DNA from: Opitutales bacterium
Lineage (GTDB): Bacteria; Verrucomicrobiota; Verrucomicrobiia; Opitutales; JABSRG01
Assembly (NCBI GenBank): GCA_049599475.1
Contig: JBMYOQ010000044.1
Coordinates: 1 to 34,925, forward strand
DNA length: 34,925 nt
Direction: 5' to 3'
Positions 18,027 to 27,138 of the stretch are shown one piece after another. Made by a program: the position numbers and the translations under genes. The notes below the pieces were generated by a model. The model saw only the letters and a list, made by a program, of their open reading frames with translations, was not told the DNA's origin and did no database searches. The first letter of the stretch is position 1. Every line of letters begins with the position of its first letter.

Positions 18027-19328
18027 ATGTTTTCATCTGAAAATGCATATTCAACCCATGTCGACGAAGTTGACGATTCCTCAAAAGAGGCGGAATTGCT
18101 GTCTCTACGTCCGAGCAAAGGGTTAAAACCGCGCAAAGTTCTCATCATTTCTTCGAGTACTGGGGGCGGGCATGATATGCGGGCAAAGGCTTTCAAGTCT
18201 TGGACTGAGACCGAGGCAGGTCGACATTTTGGATTGGATGTCACGATTCACCAGGCACTGGAGACGACGAGTCAGCTCTACAGATTTGGAGTCTGGCTGT
18301 ATAATTGGATTCAGCGGGTTCTCCCGACGTTGCACCATCTGTACTTTAACTTTTTGGAATTTTTCAATCCGGTCCGCCGTGCGGATCGTATTTTGGGTGG
18401 AAAAGGCTTTCAGGAAATTATCCGCGAAATACGGCCAGATGTTATCATCAGTACACACGCCCACCTGAATTATGGTTTCTTTGATTTAGCCCGTGAAATC
18501 ACCGGAAAAGACTGCTGCCGCTATGTTACTTACTGCGGTGAGCTGTTTGACACCTATGGATTCTCGAGACACTGGGTGAACCCAAAGGTCGATTGTTTTA
18601 TCGGTGCGGTTAAAGAGACATGCCGAGGGGGTAATCGTTTGGGCGTCCCTGAAGAGCGTAGTTGGAGTGGCGGGTTTTTATTAAATCCGCAGTTTTACCA
18701 GACGCCGATGAGCCAGGATGAGAAAGAGAGTTTCATCCGAGATCGTCTCCGGCTCGACCCTGATCAATTTATCTTGGTTTTGGCGACAGGTGCGAACGGC
18801 GCCAACAATCACATTCGTTTCTTAAACGAATTGCTCGCAGCAGGTCTGAAACCTCAAGTCGTCGCAATGTGTGGCCGAGATCACGATACCTTCAAGGATG
18901 TGTTGATTTGGGCTGCCGAGCATCGGGATTGGACGGTGCGGGCATTAGGTTACTACAACCAAATATTCCAGCTGCTGCAGTGTGCTTCTTGTGTCGTTGC
19001 CCGCCCGGGAACGGGGACAACGAGTGAAGCGGTGATGGCAGGGTGCCCGATCATCTTTAATACTGTGGGAGGTATTATGCCGCAGGAGATGATTACGGTG
19101 GAGTTTTTCCGTAGAAATTTCAGCTGGCCTAAGCCGGTGGGGCGTACCAAGAGCCTTCCAAATCGAGTGAAGCGTTGGATCCAGCAGCCTCAAGAGCTAC
19201 TCCGCGCGCGACGGATCATGGAGTCGGTTCAGCCGGATTCGCACCCCATCGAGATTTTGCGTCGTATTCGTGAGCTCGCTGATGAAACTGAGCCCTATGA
19301 GCCTATCAGAGCCTCGGGCGAAGGGTAA
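18027..19328 (+). CDS. GT28-family glycosyltransferase, MGDG-synthase/UgtP-like
   Basis: Motifs SSSTGGGH, RPDVIISTH, ARPGTGTTSEA..GCP, PQE. Confidence 0.85.
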   Translation: MFSSENAYSTHVDEVDDSSKEAELLSLRPSKGLKPRKVLIISSSTGGGHDMRAKAFKSWTETEAGRHFGLDVTIHQALETTSQLYRFGVWLYNWIQRVLPTLHHLYFNFLEFFNPVRRADRILGGKGFQEIIREIRPDVIISTHAHLNYGFFDLAREITGKDCCRYVTYCGELFDTYGFSRHWVNPKVDCFIGAVKETCRGGNRLGVPEERSWSGGFLLNPQFYQTPMSQDEKESFIRDRLRLDPDQFILVLATGANGANNHIRFLNELLAAGLKPQVVAMCGRDHDTFKDVLIWAAEHRDWTVRALGYYNQIFQLLQCASCVVARPGTGTTSEAVMAGCPIIFNTVGGIMPQEMITVEFFRRNFSWPKPVGRTKSLPNRVKRWIQQPQELLRARRIMESVQPDSHPIEILRRIRELADETEPYEPIRASGEG

Positions 19329-20085
19329 TCAAGAGCACGCAAAACGCGTCCACTTAGCGCTCTATGCCGGATTGTCTGGGCTGTCTTATGCCTGGCGTTT
19401 GAAGGGGTGGAAGAGCTTGGAATTTGATATCCAGATCGTTGGCGTTTCCGGAGTGTTTCGATGGTCGTCTGCGAATGGAGTGTCGACGCGTGAGGATCGT
19501 GAAACCCCATGCGCCTGTTTGTATTTTCGCAGTACCGTGGCGTTTTTGGAATTTGTGGATCACGGACGTCTGACGTTTGCCTTTAAGGGGAATCCAATCA
19601 GATGGGGGTCTTTGCTTCGTTTTCTCATAGGGGCGGCACGCTTGCAGATGCTGATGCGTGGTGGCGATATTGGGGCTTTGTCGAGTCGAGGGATGCTGAT
19701 TGATCATGGCCAGGCATCCCTGTGGACAGCAATTAAAGGCCTCGCGGTTTCTGATCATTCGCACAAAGCACAACTGTCTTTATATGTCGGGAAAAGCGCG
19801 GGCTTTTTTCTCGAAGGGTCGCCCAGGCAGCCTTTGGTCGGGCTAAAGGTCCGGGAGTCTGGCAATCTTGAAGTACTTGATTCCAATGGCTTGGAGGGCG
19901 CTTCGCTGAGTGCCAAAATCGTTTTTAAGGATCCGGGAACTTTGTATGACGCGGTGCATCACATTTCGCCTAATCTGCAAATGGTGGGTGAGGGAAATGT
20001 AGAGGTAAGTGGCCTCGTGCCATTGGCAGATCTGGTAGGTGCCTGCCTAGATGAGATGGATTACCTGCTGAACCCTGTGGCCTAG
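19297..20085 (+). CDS. Hypothetical protein, possibly with SCP2-like lipid-binding domain(s); start uncertain (19270-19297)
   Basis: ORF fills the gap between the GT28 gene and argH and overlaps the GT28 stop. AKIVFKD..MVGEGNVEVSG resembles an SCP2 C-terminal pattern. Confidence 0.6.
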   Translation: MSLSEPRAKGNQEHAKRVHLALYAGLSGLSYAWRLKGWKSLEFDIQIVGVSGVFRWSSANGVSTREDRETPCACLYFRSTVAFLEFVDHGRLTFAFKGNPIRWGSLLRFLIGAARLQMLMRGGDIGALSSRGMLIDHGQASLWTAIKGLAVSDHSHKAQLSLYVGKSAGFFLEGSPRQPLVGLKVRESGNLEVLDSNGLEGASLSAKIVFKDPGTLYDAVHHISPNLQMVGEGNVEVSGLVPLADLVGACLDEMDYLLNPVA

Positions 20086-20092
20086 CCGCCGG

Positions 20093-21496
20093 CTAGAGAA
20101 GCTTTTCTTTCCAATTGCTGATGACTGTTTGAACGGTCTTAGGTCCCGGCATTCCAGTCTTTTCACGGCGCTCTAATGCGGATTTTAGGTCGAAGCAAGA
20201 TACCCAGTCTTCTTTGAGGGCTGGGCTAATCTTCTGAACTTCATCGATTGGTAAATCGGGAAGGGATGTCTTCGAAGACTCAGAGAGGGAAACGAGGGCC
20301 CCGACGATGTGGTGGGCGTCTCTAAATGCTACTCCATTGATGACCAAATAGTCGACCACGTCCGTTGCCAGAAGGAGGGGGTCCGATACCGCTTGCGCGC
20401 ACGCTTCGGCGTTGGGTTCCATGCCAGGAATCATGGCACTGAGGACATCGCATGCGGTGAGTGTGATATCGAAGGCTGCGAAAACCGGTGGTTTGTCGTC
20501 TTGCAGATCGCGATTGTAGGTGAGGGGGAGGCCCTTTACGAGCATCAGCAAGGTTTGGTGAAATCCTGCTAATTGCGCGACTTTGCCGCGAAGAAGCTCA
20601 AAGGCATCGGGATTCTTCTTTTGGGGCATCAAGCTGGATCCCGTAGTAAATGTATCCGGGAGGCTGACGAATTTGAATTCGGCGCTATTCCAGAGAATGC
20701 AATCTTCAGACAAGCGAGAGACATGGGCGCCGAAGGTCGCACAGGCTGAGGTGAACGAAATGAAGACATCGCGGTCGCTTACGGCGTCCATGCTGTTTGA
20801 AGTCAGCTGTGGGGCGCAATTTTCGTCGACGAAATCTAGTTCCTTAGCCGTGAATTCCCGGTCGATTGGAAGGGTTGTGCCAGCGATTGCGCCTGAGCCG
20901 AGTGGACAGATGTTGGCCTCGTGCCACACATTTGCAAAGCGCGTATAGTCACGCTCGAACATCTCGACATAAGCGAGAATGTGATGGGCCATCGAGACCG
21001 GTTGAGCGCGCTGTAAATGGGTGTAGCCGGGGATGTAGACGTTTTCGCTCTTTTCCGCGAACTCAAGAAGAGATGATTGGAGGCCGCGGAGTTTCGCTTT
21101 GATTTCCGAGCACGCGCTTTTGAAAAATAGGCGCATATCTGTCGCTACTTGGTCATTGCGACTGCGAGCTGTGTGCAGTTTTGCGGCGGCAGGTACACGC
21201 TGAGTGAGGGCTTGCTCGATGTTCATGTGCACATCTTCGAGTGCGATGTCCCACTTGAATTCACCCGCAATGACCTCTTCGCGAATTTTCTGGAGACCGT
21301 GTGCGATCTGCTCGAATTCCTCGGGTTCGATGAGTCCGACATGTGAGAGCATTTTAGCGTGAGCGGTGCTGCCCTGGATGTCGAATAGTGCCAAGCGCGC
21401 GTCGAAACTTACGGACTCACTGAAGGATTGCATCAGAGCCGAAGGGCCCTCGCTGAAACGCCCTCCCCAGGTAACTTGCTTATTCGAATCTGCCAT
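20093..21496 (-). CDS. argH: Argininosuccinate lyase
   Basis: Motifs [41 protein letters not shown]. Confidence 0.98.
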   Translation of the reverse strand: MADSNKQVTWGGRFSEGPSALMQSFSESVSFDARLALFDIQGSTAHAKMLSHVGLIEPEEFEQIAHGLQKIREEVIAGEFKWDIALEDVHMNIEQALTQRVPAAAKLHTARSRNDQVATDMRLFFKSACSEIKAKLRGLQSSLLEFAEKSENVYIPGYTHLQRAQPVSMAHHILAYVEMFERDYTRFANVWHEANICPLGSGAIAGTTLPIDREFTAKELDFVDENCAPQLTSNSMDAVSDRDVFISFTSACATFGAHVSRLSEDCILWNSAEFKFVSLPDTFTTGSSLMPQKKNPDAFELLRGKVAQLAGFHQTLLMLVKGLPLTYNRDLQDDKPPVFAAFDITLTACDVLSAMIPGMEPNAEACAQAVSDPLLLATDVVDYLVINGVAFRDAHHIVGALVSLSESSKTSLPDLPIDEVQKISPALKEDWVSCFDLKSALERREKTGMPGPKTVQTVISNWKEKLL

Positions 21497-21727
21497 AGAC
21501 AGCGCATGGTCCGTGGAAATCGAGCCGTTGCAATGCTCTAATACTAAGAGTTTGCGAAAGATATAGGGAAAATCACGTAGGTTTGCTACGTAGAACAGGC
21601 ATCTCTTTTACGTGTGAGCTTTTTCAGGAATACGCAACCGGCGGGATGGGGCTTTGGGCGGGTTTCAGATATTATTCTCGGCATCAACAGCAACGAGAAC
21701 TGCCACACCTAACCCATCCTGCTCATT

Positions 21728-22015
21728 ATGACTTACACATTTAACCTCGCTGAAGGACGCTTTTTAATCATCCCCGATCGTCATGAACCCCGACTTTATA
21801 ACCTCGTTTGGGAGGATGCTTTAAACGTAACCACCCTTATTAAAAAGATCCCTGGGATTTATGCATTCCAGGCGGTGGTCACCCAAGACACTGGCTTCGA
21901 ATACTGGGACGAACGCCCAGATGAAACCATCCCCGCTGAGATCTACGATTTTAGCCTCTGGGCAGAGCACCGCTCCTTTGCAGTGCACTCAGAGCAGATC
22001 CTCGAAGCCGTTTAA
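21728..22015 (+). CDS. Small acidic hypothetical protein (95 aa)
   Basis: ATG-start ORF in an otherwise empty gap, with globular composition, followed by a terminator. Confidence 0.65.
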   Translation: MTYTFNLAEGRFLIIPDRHEPRLYNLVWEDALNVTTLIKKIPGIYAFQAVVTQDTGFEYWDERPDETIPAEIYDFSLWAEHRSFAVHSEQILEAV

Positions 22016-22144
22016 CTCGAATTTCTGAGCAATCAGACCTCCAGCAGATCAGACATAGCAACAACCCCTCATCAGGGCCAGGGCCGGTGAGCCGGCCCAA
22101 CCTCAAATGAGTCTCGCGGTGGCTTAGCCCCGGAGACCAGGTGT

Positions 22145-22186
22145 AAAAAGAGCGCATCCGGGCAGGGATGCGCTCTTTTTCTTTTT
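22145..22186. terminator. Bidirectional intrinsic terminator
   Basis: 15-bp perfect inverted repeat AAAAAGAGCGCATCC-N6-GGATGCGCTCTTTTT between convergent genes. Confidence 0.92.
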
Positions 22187-22209
22187 GAAAATAAATAAAT
22201 GGGAGATGC

Positions 22210-23178
22210 CTACGGATTTACCGCTACGAGCTCGCACTCGAAAATCAAAGCATCGCCGGGTTTGATGACACCGCCTGGGCGTGGGTTATCGCCATATCCG
22301 AGATCGGAAGGGATATAGATGGTCACCTTACCTCCTGGAGCGATCTTGGTGAGTCCACCGGAAAAGCCCTTGATCACTCCGGTCATGGGGAAAGTTGCAG
22401 GTTCGCCGCGATCATAAGAGCTGTCGAACTGGGTCCCGTCGATCAATGTGCCCTTGTAGTGGACCTTTACGGAATCTGCCATGGTTGGCTTTGCGCCTTC
22501 ACCTTCTGAATCGACTTTGAAGTAGAAGCCGCTCTCGTCTTTTTGGACTCCTTCTTCTGTCGCAATTTTTTCGAAGAATGCAGTCATCTCTGCCTTGCGC
22601 TCGTCGAGGCCACGTGAGGCAATCTCGCTCTGGCGCTGACTGAGGAACTGCTGCACATTCGGGATCTCCGCACGAATAGCCGCTGGGTCCTTTTCTGGAT
22701 CTAGCCCGTATTGAAGTCCTTCGGCAATGAGAGCGATCTCATCTTCGCTAAACTCAAGTCCAGCGAGTCCGGACTGTGAGGCTAGCAAGTAACCAATGGT
22801 TTTGCATGTGAGCTCGTTAGGAGCGGTGAGTTCGCTTTCGGCGTTGATAGCATTGAATCGGTCGCGCATAAATTGGACGGCTGCCTGCATGTTTGCAGTT
22901 ATTTCGGATGAGGCGGCGTCTCCTTTCAGAGACTCTTTAAAGGAAGCGAGAACGGTCTCGTATTCCGAAGCTGCGAAATCGAGGCCTCTCAACCCAGAGA
23001 CAAGCGACAGAAAAGCGCCGACACCTTTGAGCTCCGGGAGCTGTTCAGTGGCCAGTGCAGAACTATCTGCGGTAATCGTAGCTGCCTCAGCGGGCTGCTG
23101 AGCATAGCTCGCGCTCGAGAGGGCAGTAAGCAGGGCGGTCGAAGCAAGGATCTTGCGCGGGGTTTTAAGGTAAATCAT
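22210..23178 (-). CDS. Exported FKBP-type peptidyl-prolyl isomerase (FkpA/Mip-like) with a duplicated N-terminal domain
   Basis: Motifs VKVHYKGTLIDGTQFDSSYDRGEPATF, IPSDLGYG, LIFECEL. Signal peptide starts at ATG 23178. Confidence 0.92.
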   Translation of the reverse strand: MIYLKTPRKILASTALLTALSSASYAQQPAEAATITADSSALATEQLPELKGVGAFLSLVSGLRGLDFAASEYETVLASFKESLKGDAASSEITANMQAAVQFMRDRFNAINAESELTAPNELTCKTIGYLLASQSGLAGLEFSEDEIALIAEGLQYGLDPEKDPAAIRAEIPNVQQFLSQRQSEIASRGLDERKAEMTAFFEKIATEEGVQKDESGFYFKVDSEGEGAKPTMADSVKVHYKGTLIDGTQFDSSYDRGEPATFPMTGVIKGFSGGLTKIAPGGKVTIYIPSDLGYGDNPRPGGVIKPGDALIFECELVAVNP

Positions 23179-23590
23179 TGGGTCTTTGGATTTTGATATA
23201 AACGGTCGAGGCTGAATAGCTCGGCCACTAAACACAACATCAAACCAGAGCACACGGGCTAAGGTTCCACGGTAAGTGCTTCTTTTCGACGGGCTGCCAT
23301 TTTTATAAAGAGGCGATTGGGGCAGATTGGCTACGAATCGTCATCCAGAGCTTTCGGAAGCTGCTTCGGTTTGCACCTTGGCGGGATTCGACCTTTTGCG
23401 GATAGGTGAGAATTTCGAAAACGTAGACCATCCGCTAGGTATCCGGATTGCAGGCCACTGTGATACCGATACTTCTGATTCTGGCAAATTGACGTGTGAG
23501 CAGGCCTATGTCTCGACATCGCTACCAATGAGAGCGATTCGAATTCTCCCGAAACTCATCGGGGAGTTCATTTTCCGAACTAAGAAACCT

Positions 23591-24304
23591 TCAGCCCTCT
23601 TTTTTGGGGGACTCTTTGGCCTTTTTCTCTTTCAGGACCTTGTTTGTCCTTTGGTTTACCTCTTTCTTGAACGCCTGGTCTTTCAAAGCCTCTTTGATGT
23701 AAACCTGAGTCGCTTGATGTCGTGCCTGTTTGGTTTCAGCGGCATCGATCTTCGCTTGGGCTGCGGCTTTTTCTTCTTTGGACATGCGTTCCCATAAAAG
23801 GATACGCGCCTGTTTGTTGAACTCGCGCCTTCTGGCCAAATATTCTTCCCGCTTACGCTTCTTCTCAGATTCCTCTAGCTCCTTGAGTTCGTCTAAACGT
23901 TTCCGGAGCTCATCTTTCTCTTCTGGGCTGAGCTTAGAGAGCTTGTCTATGGTATCGCGGATATCCTTGAGCTGCTCTGGGGGAAGGTTGAGCAGTTCCC
24001 CGAGTGTCATCTTCCGGGTTTGCTTGGGAGCTACCTCTTTGGGTTTGGGTTTCGGTTTTTCCTCAACCTTCGCGGGTGGAGCCTTGTCTGGTTTCGACTT
24101 CTCGGTCAACTGCCTTGGCGGCGGTGGAGTGTCTGGAGCCTTCGATGGAGGCTTCAGATTCGGAGGAGGCGGAGGAATGTGTGTCGGTGGAGCAGGGCGC
24201 TGCTTCTTTTCCTCTGATTTGGGTTCCGTTGATTCCTCAGCGCTTAGGGTAAACGCTGCAGATATTCCAATAAGAATACTGAGGAAGAATATACGGGGAC
24301 TCAT
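23591..24304 (-). CDS. Secreted Pro-rich/helical protein (DUF3106-like), third gene of the ECF operon
   Basis: Signal peptide, Pro/Lys-rich linker, and repeated LPPEQ/LSPEEK/MSKEEK helical units. Confidence 0.7.
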   Translation of the reverse strand: MSPRIFFLSILIGISAAFTLSAEESTEPKSEEKKQRPAPPTHIPPPPPNLKPPSKAPDTPPPPRQLTEKSKPDKAPPAKVEEKPKPKPKEVAPKQTRKMTLGELLNLPPEQLKDIRDTIDKLSKLSPEEKDELRKRLDELKELEESEKKRKREEYLARRREFNKQARILLWERMSKEEKAAAQAKIDAAETKQARHQATQVYIKEALKDQAFKKEVNQRTNKVLKEKKAKESPKKEG

Positions 24305-24335
24305 TTACTTAATCAGCGTTGAAAACGCTGAAGAA

Positions 24336-24776
24336 TCAAGACTCTAGAAGAATGTTTATGTCGATTAGCAGCGGTTCTTCTAGAAGAGGGTCGATACTTG
24401 GAAGCCCTTCGGAGTTATCCAATAGACTATCGATCGCGTTCATCGGAGACTCGTCGACAAGTTCGGGATCATGCAAATCCTCTAAGAATGGGTTTGCTTC
24501 TAGGCTGAGGTCCGTCGGGAAATCAGAGACTGAAGAGTTTGGTGAGTATACCGAGCTAAGGCCGATCGCTATGGCGATAGCTGCGGCTGCGGTGAGGATG
24601 CCACCCATCCAGTGGGTGGTTTTTTGCCACGGACCGGTGACGACCTTTGACTCGCGCGCTTCTTCTAGGACGCGTGCGGTGAAATCTTTAGATGGTGTGA
24701 TCTGCTCAGCGAGGAGATTGTCGATAATCTCGTCTGCTTCGGAGCGATCCGAATTGTTCTGTTTTTGCTGGCTCAT
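24336..24776 (-). CDS. Putative single-pass anti-sigma factor
   Basis: ATGA overlap with the sigma stop, PSKDFTARVL motif, TM segment GILTAAAAIAIAIGL, acidic C-terminus. Confidence 0.7.
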   Translation of the reverse strand: MSQQKQNNSDRSEADEIIDNLLAEQITPSKDFTARVLEEARESKVVTGPWQKTTHWMGGILTAAAAIAIAIGLSSVYSPNSSVSDFPTDLSLEANPFLEDLHDPELVDESPMNAIDSLLDNSEGLPSIDPLLEEPLLIDINILLES

Positions 24777-25423
24777 GATGTGAGTAGGCTATGAAGGGAC
24801 GCTTTGAGCTTTTGTCGGGCTCTGAAAATCCATGTTTTAACTGAACTCTCGGAAGCATCCATGATCGTGGCTATTTCCTCGTAGCTCAGCTGTTGCTGCT
24901 TGAGAAGCAGGATTGCTTCCCGATGTTTGGGAGGAAGGTCCTCCAGGGCATTTGAGAACGCTTCTTCGATCTCAAATATGTGTTGTTTGTTGGTTTGGTC
25001 ACTTTTCACAGATCGCAGATCGTGTGGATCTACGAGCTCGAGGGGTTTTCGGGTGGAGCGGCGATGTTCGTTGATTAGACGTCGACGAGCGATCGCAAAC
25101 AGATAGGTAGAAAATTTGGCTTCAGGGCGATACCTGGGGGCTGCGCGGTATACGCGTATAAATACTTCTTGGGCAAGATCTTCGGCAAGTTCTTGAGAGC
25201 GTACAGAGCGGAAGAAAAAGCTTACGAGGGGCCCCTTCCAGCGGTCGATGAGTTCAGTTAAGGCTGCCTCATTGCCGCCTGCAACAGCTAGCATGAGGTC
25301 TGCGTCTGGGTCGTTTGTGGTGTTTTTCGGGGCGGATTCACGCATGGTGCGTTGCATAGGTTCGGACGCGCTCTGGGAGGGTGTGTCCCAAGCGTATCCG
25401 GCAGCTGTTGCAAGAGTCGTCAT
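24773..25423 (-). CDS. ECF sigma factor (RpoE/SigW-like); start uncertain
   Basis: Motifs DADLM, AEDLAQEVFIRV, FSTYLFAIA, LSYEEIA..VKTWIFRAR. ATG 25423 chosen; downstream ATGs are also possible. Confidence 0.92.
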   Translation of the reverse strand: MTTLATAAGYAWDTPSQSASEPMQRTMRESAPKNTTNDPDADLMLAVAGGNEAALTELIDRWKGPLVSFFFRSVRSQELAEDLAQEVFIRVYRAAPRYRPEAKFSTYLFAIARRRLINEHRRSTRKPLELVDPHDLRSVKSDQTNKQHIFEIEEAFSNALEDLPPKHREAILLLKQQQLSYEEIATIMDASESSVKTWIFRARQKLKASLHSLLTS

Positions 25424-25721
25424 ATTTAGGTGAAAATCCAGAAAATGCGATTGGTTTCGACTCCATGCTAAAAATTTTGGGCAGATTTTCGCATATACAT
25501 CAATTTTACAAACATATACTCCCGGAGGGCTCTCTGTGAATGAATGTGAATTGGTGAAAAACAAAAATAACATCCCCTTGCGGAAGTTGTGATCTCGATG
25601 TCACTTTTCTGGCACAAACCCCACCTGTTCCCCGTTCATTGGAATTAACGAAAACCATGCATTTTTCCGCATTTTGTGGTGATTTCGGCATTGCTGTTGC
25701 TTGTCCGTTTCTAGTCTTGAA

Positions 25722-25769
25722 ATCCCATATCTAGTGTGAATTTTTGATTAATCACCCCATATCTTGGGG
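25722..25769 (+). promoter_or_regulatory. Tandem NrdR boxes
   Basis: ATCCCATATCTAGTGT (25722-25737) and ACCCCATATCTTGGGG (25754-25769) fit acaCwAtATaTwGtgt at the conserved positions. They are 32 bp apart, upstream of nrdB and next to TTGACT at 25776. Confidence 0.85.
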
Positions 25770-25901
25770 TATCCATTGACTTTCTAGTTAATTTAGACCT
25801 TATCTTACCGAATCTACTTATAGCTTTCCTGTTCCCGCGTGCAGGAGTCTTTTAAACCCAATTTCAACCCGTAAATACTTTACTCTCAAGAGCTTCCACT
25901 A

Positions 25902-26987
<1,086 letters not shown>

Positions 26988-27003
26988 AAATCCGCAAATT
27001 CTC

Positions 27004-27035
27004 AGGGGCGCCCGTCTGAGCGGATGGGTGCCCCT
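27004..27035 (+). other. Strong 14-bp hairpin between nrdB and nrdA
   Basis: AGGGGCGCCCGTCT-GAGC-GGATGGGTGCCCCT (with G-U pairs), followed by a weak tail ATTTGT. Confidence 0.7.
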
Positions 27036-27138
27036 ATTTGTGCCTAAACACCCGAAAGATTTTGTTTCGCGTTTCTCAAGCGCGGACCCCTGCAAACCAC
27101 GACCCCACCCTCTCAATTTCCTGAATTTCAGTCAGTCC

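Noticed and set aside
20082..20096. Palindrome CTAGCCG-C-CGGCTAG joining two convergent stop codons
   Set aside because: It is short, partly forced by the two TAG stops, and has no U-tract, so a function is unsupported.
22015..22080. Hammerhead ribozyme (CTGATGA on the minus strand at 22069-22075)
   Set aside because: No properly placed stem II closing into CGAAA, and no matching stems I and III were found.
23327..23797. 156-aa plus-strand ORF
   Set aside because: It has a TTG start, overlaps a credible minus-strand gene by about 200 bp, and shows no family motif.
23730..24783. Long plus-strand ORFs 23730..24347 and 24319..24783
   Set aside because: They are Ser/Phe/Gly-rich antisense translations of the minus-strand ECF operon genes.
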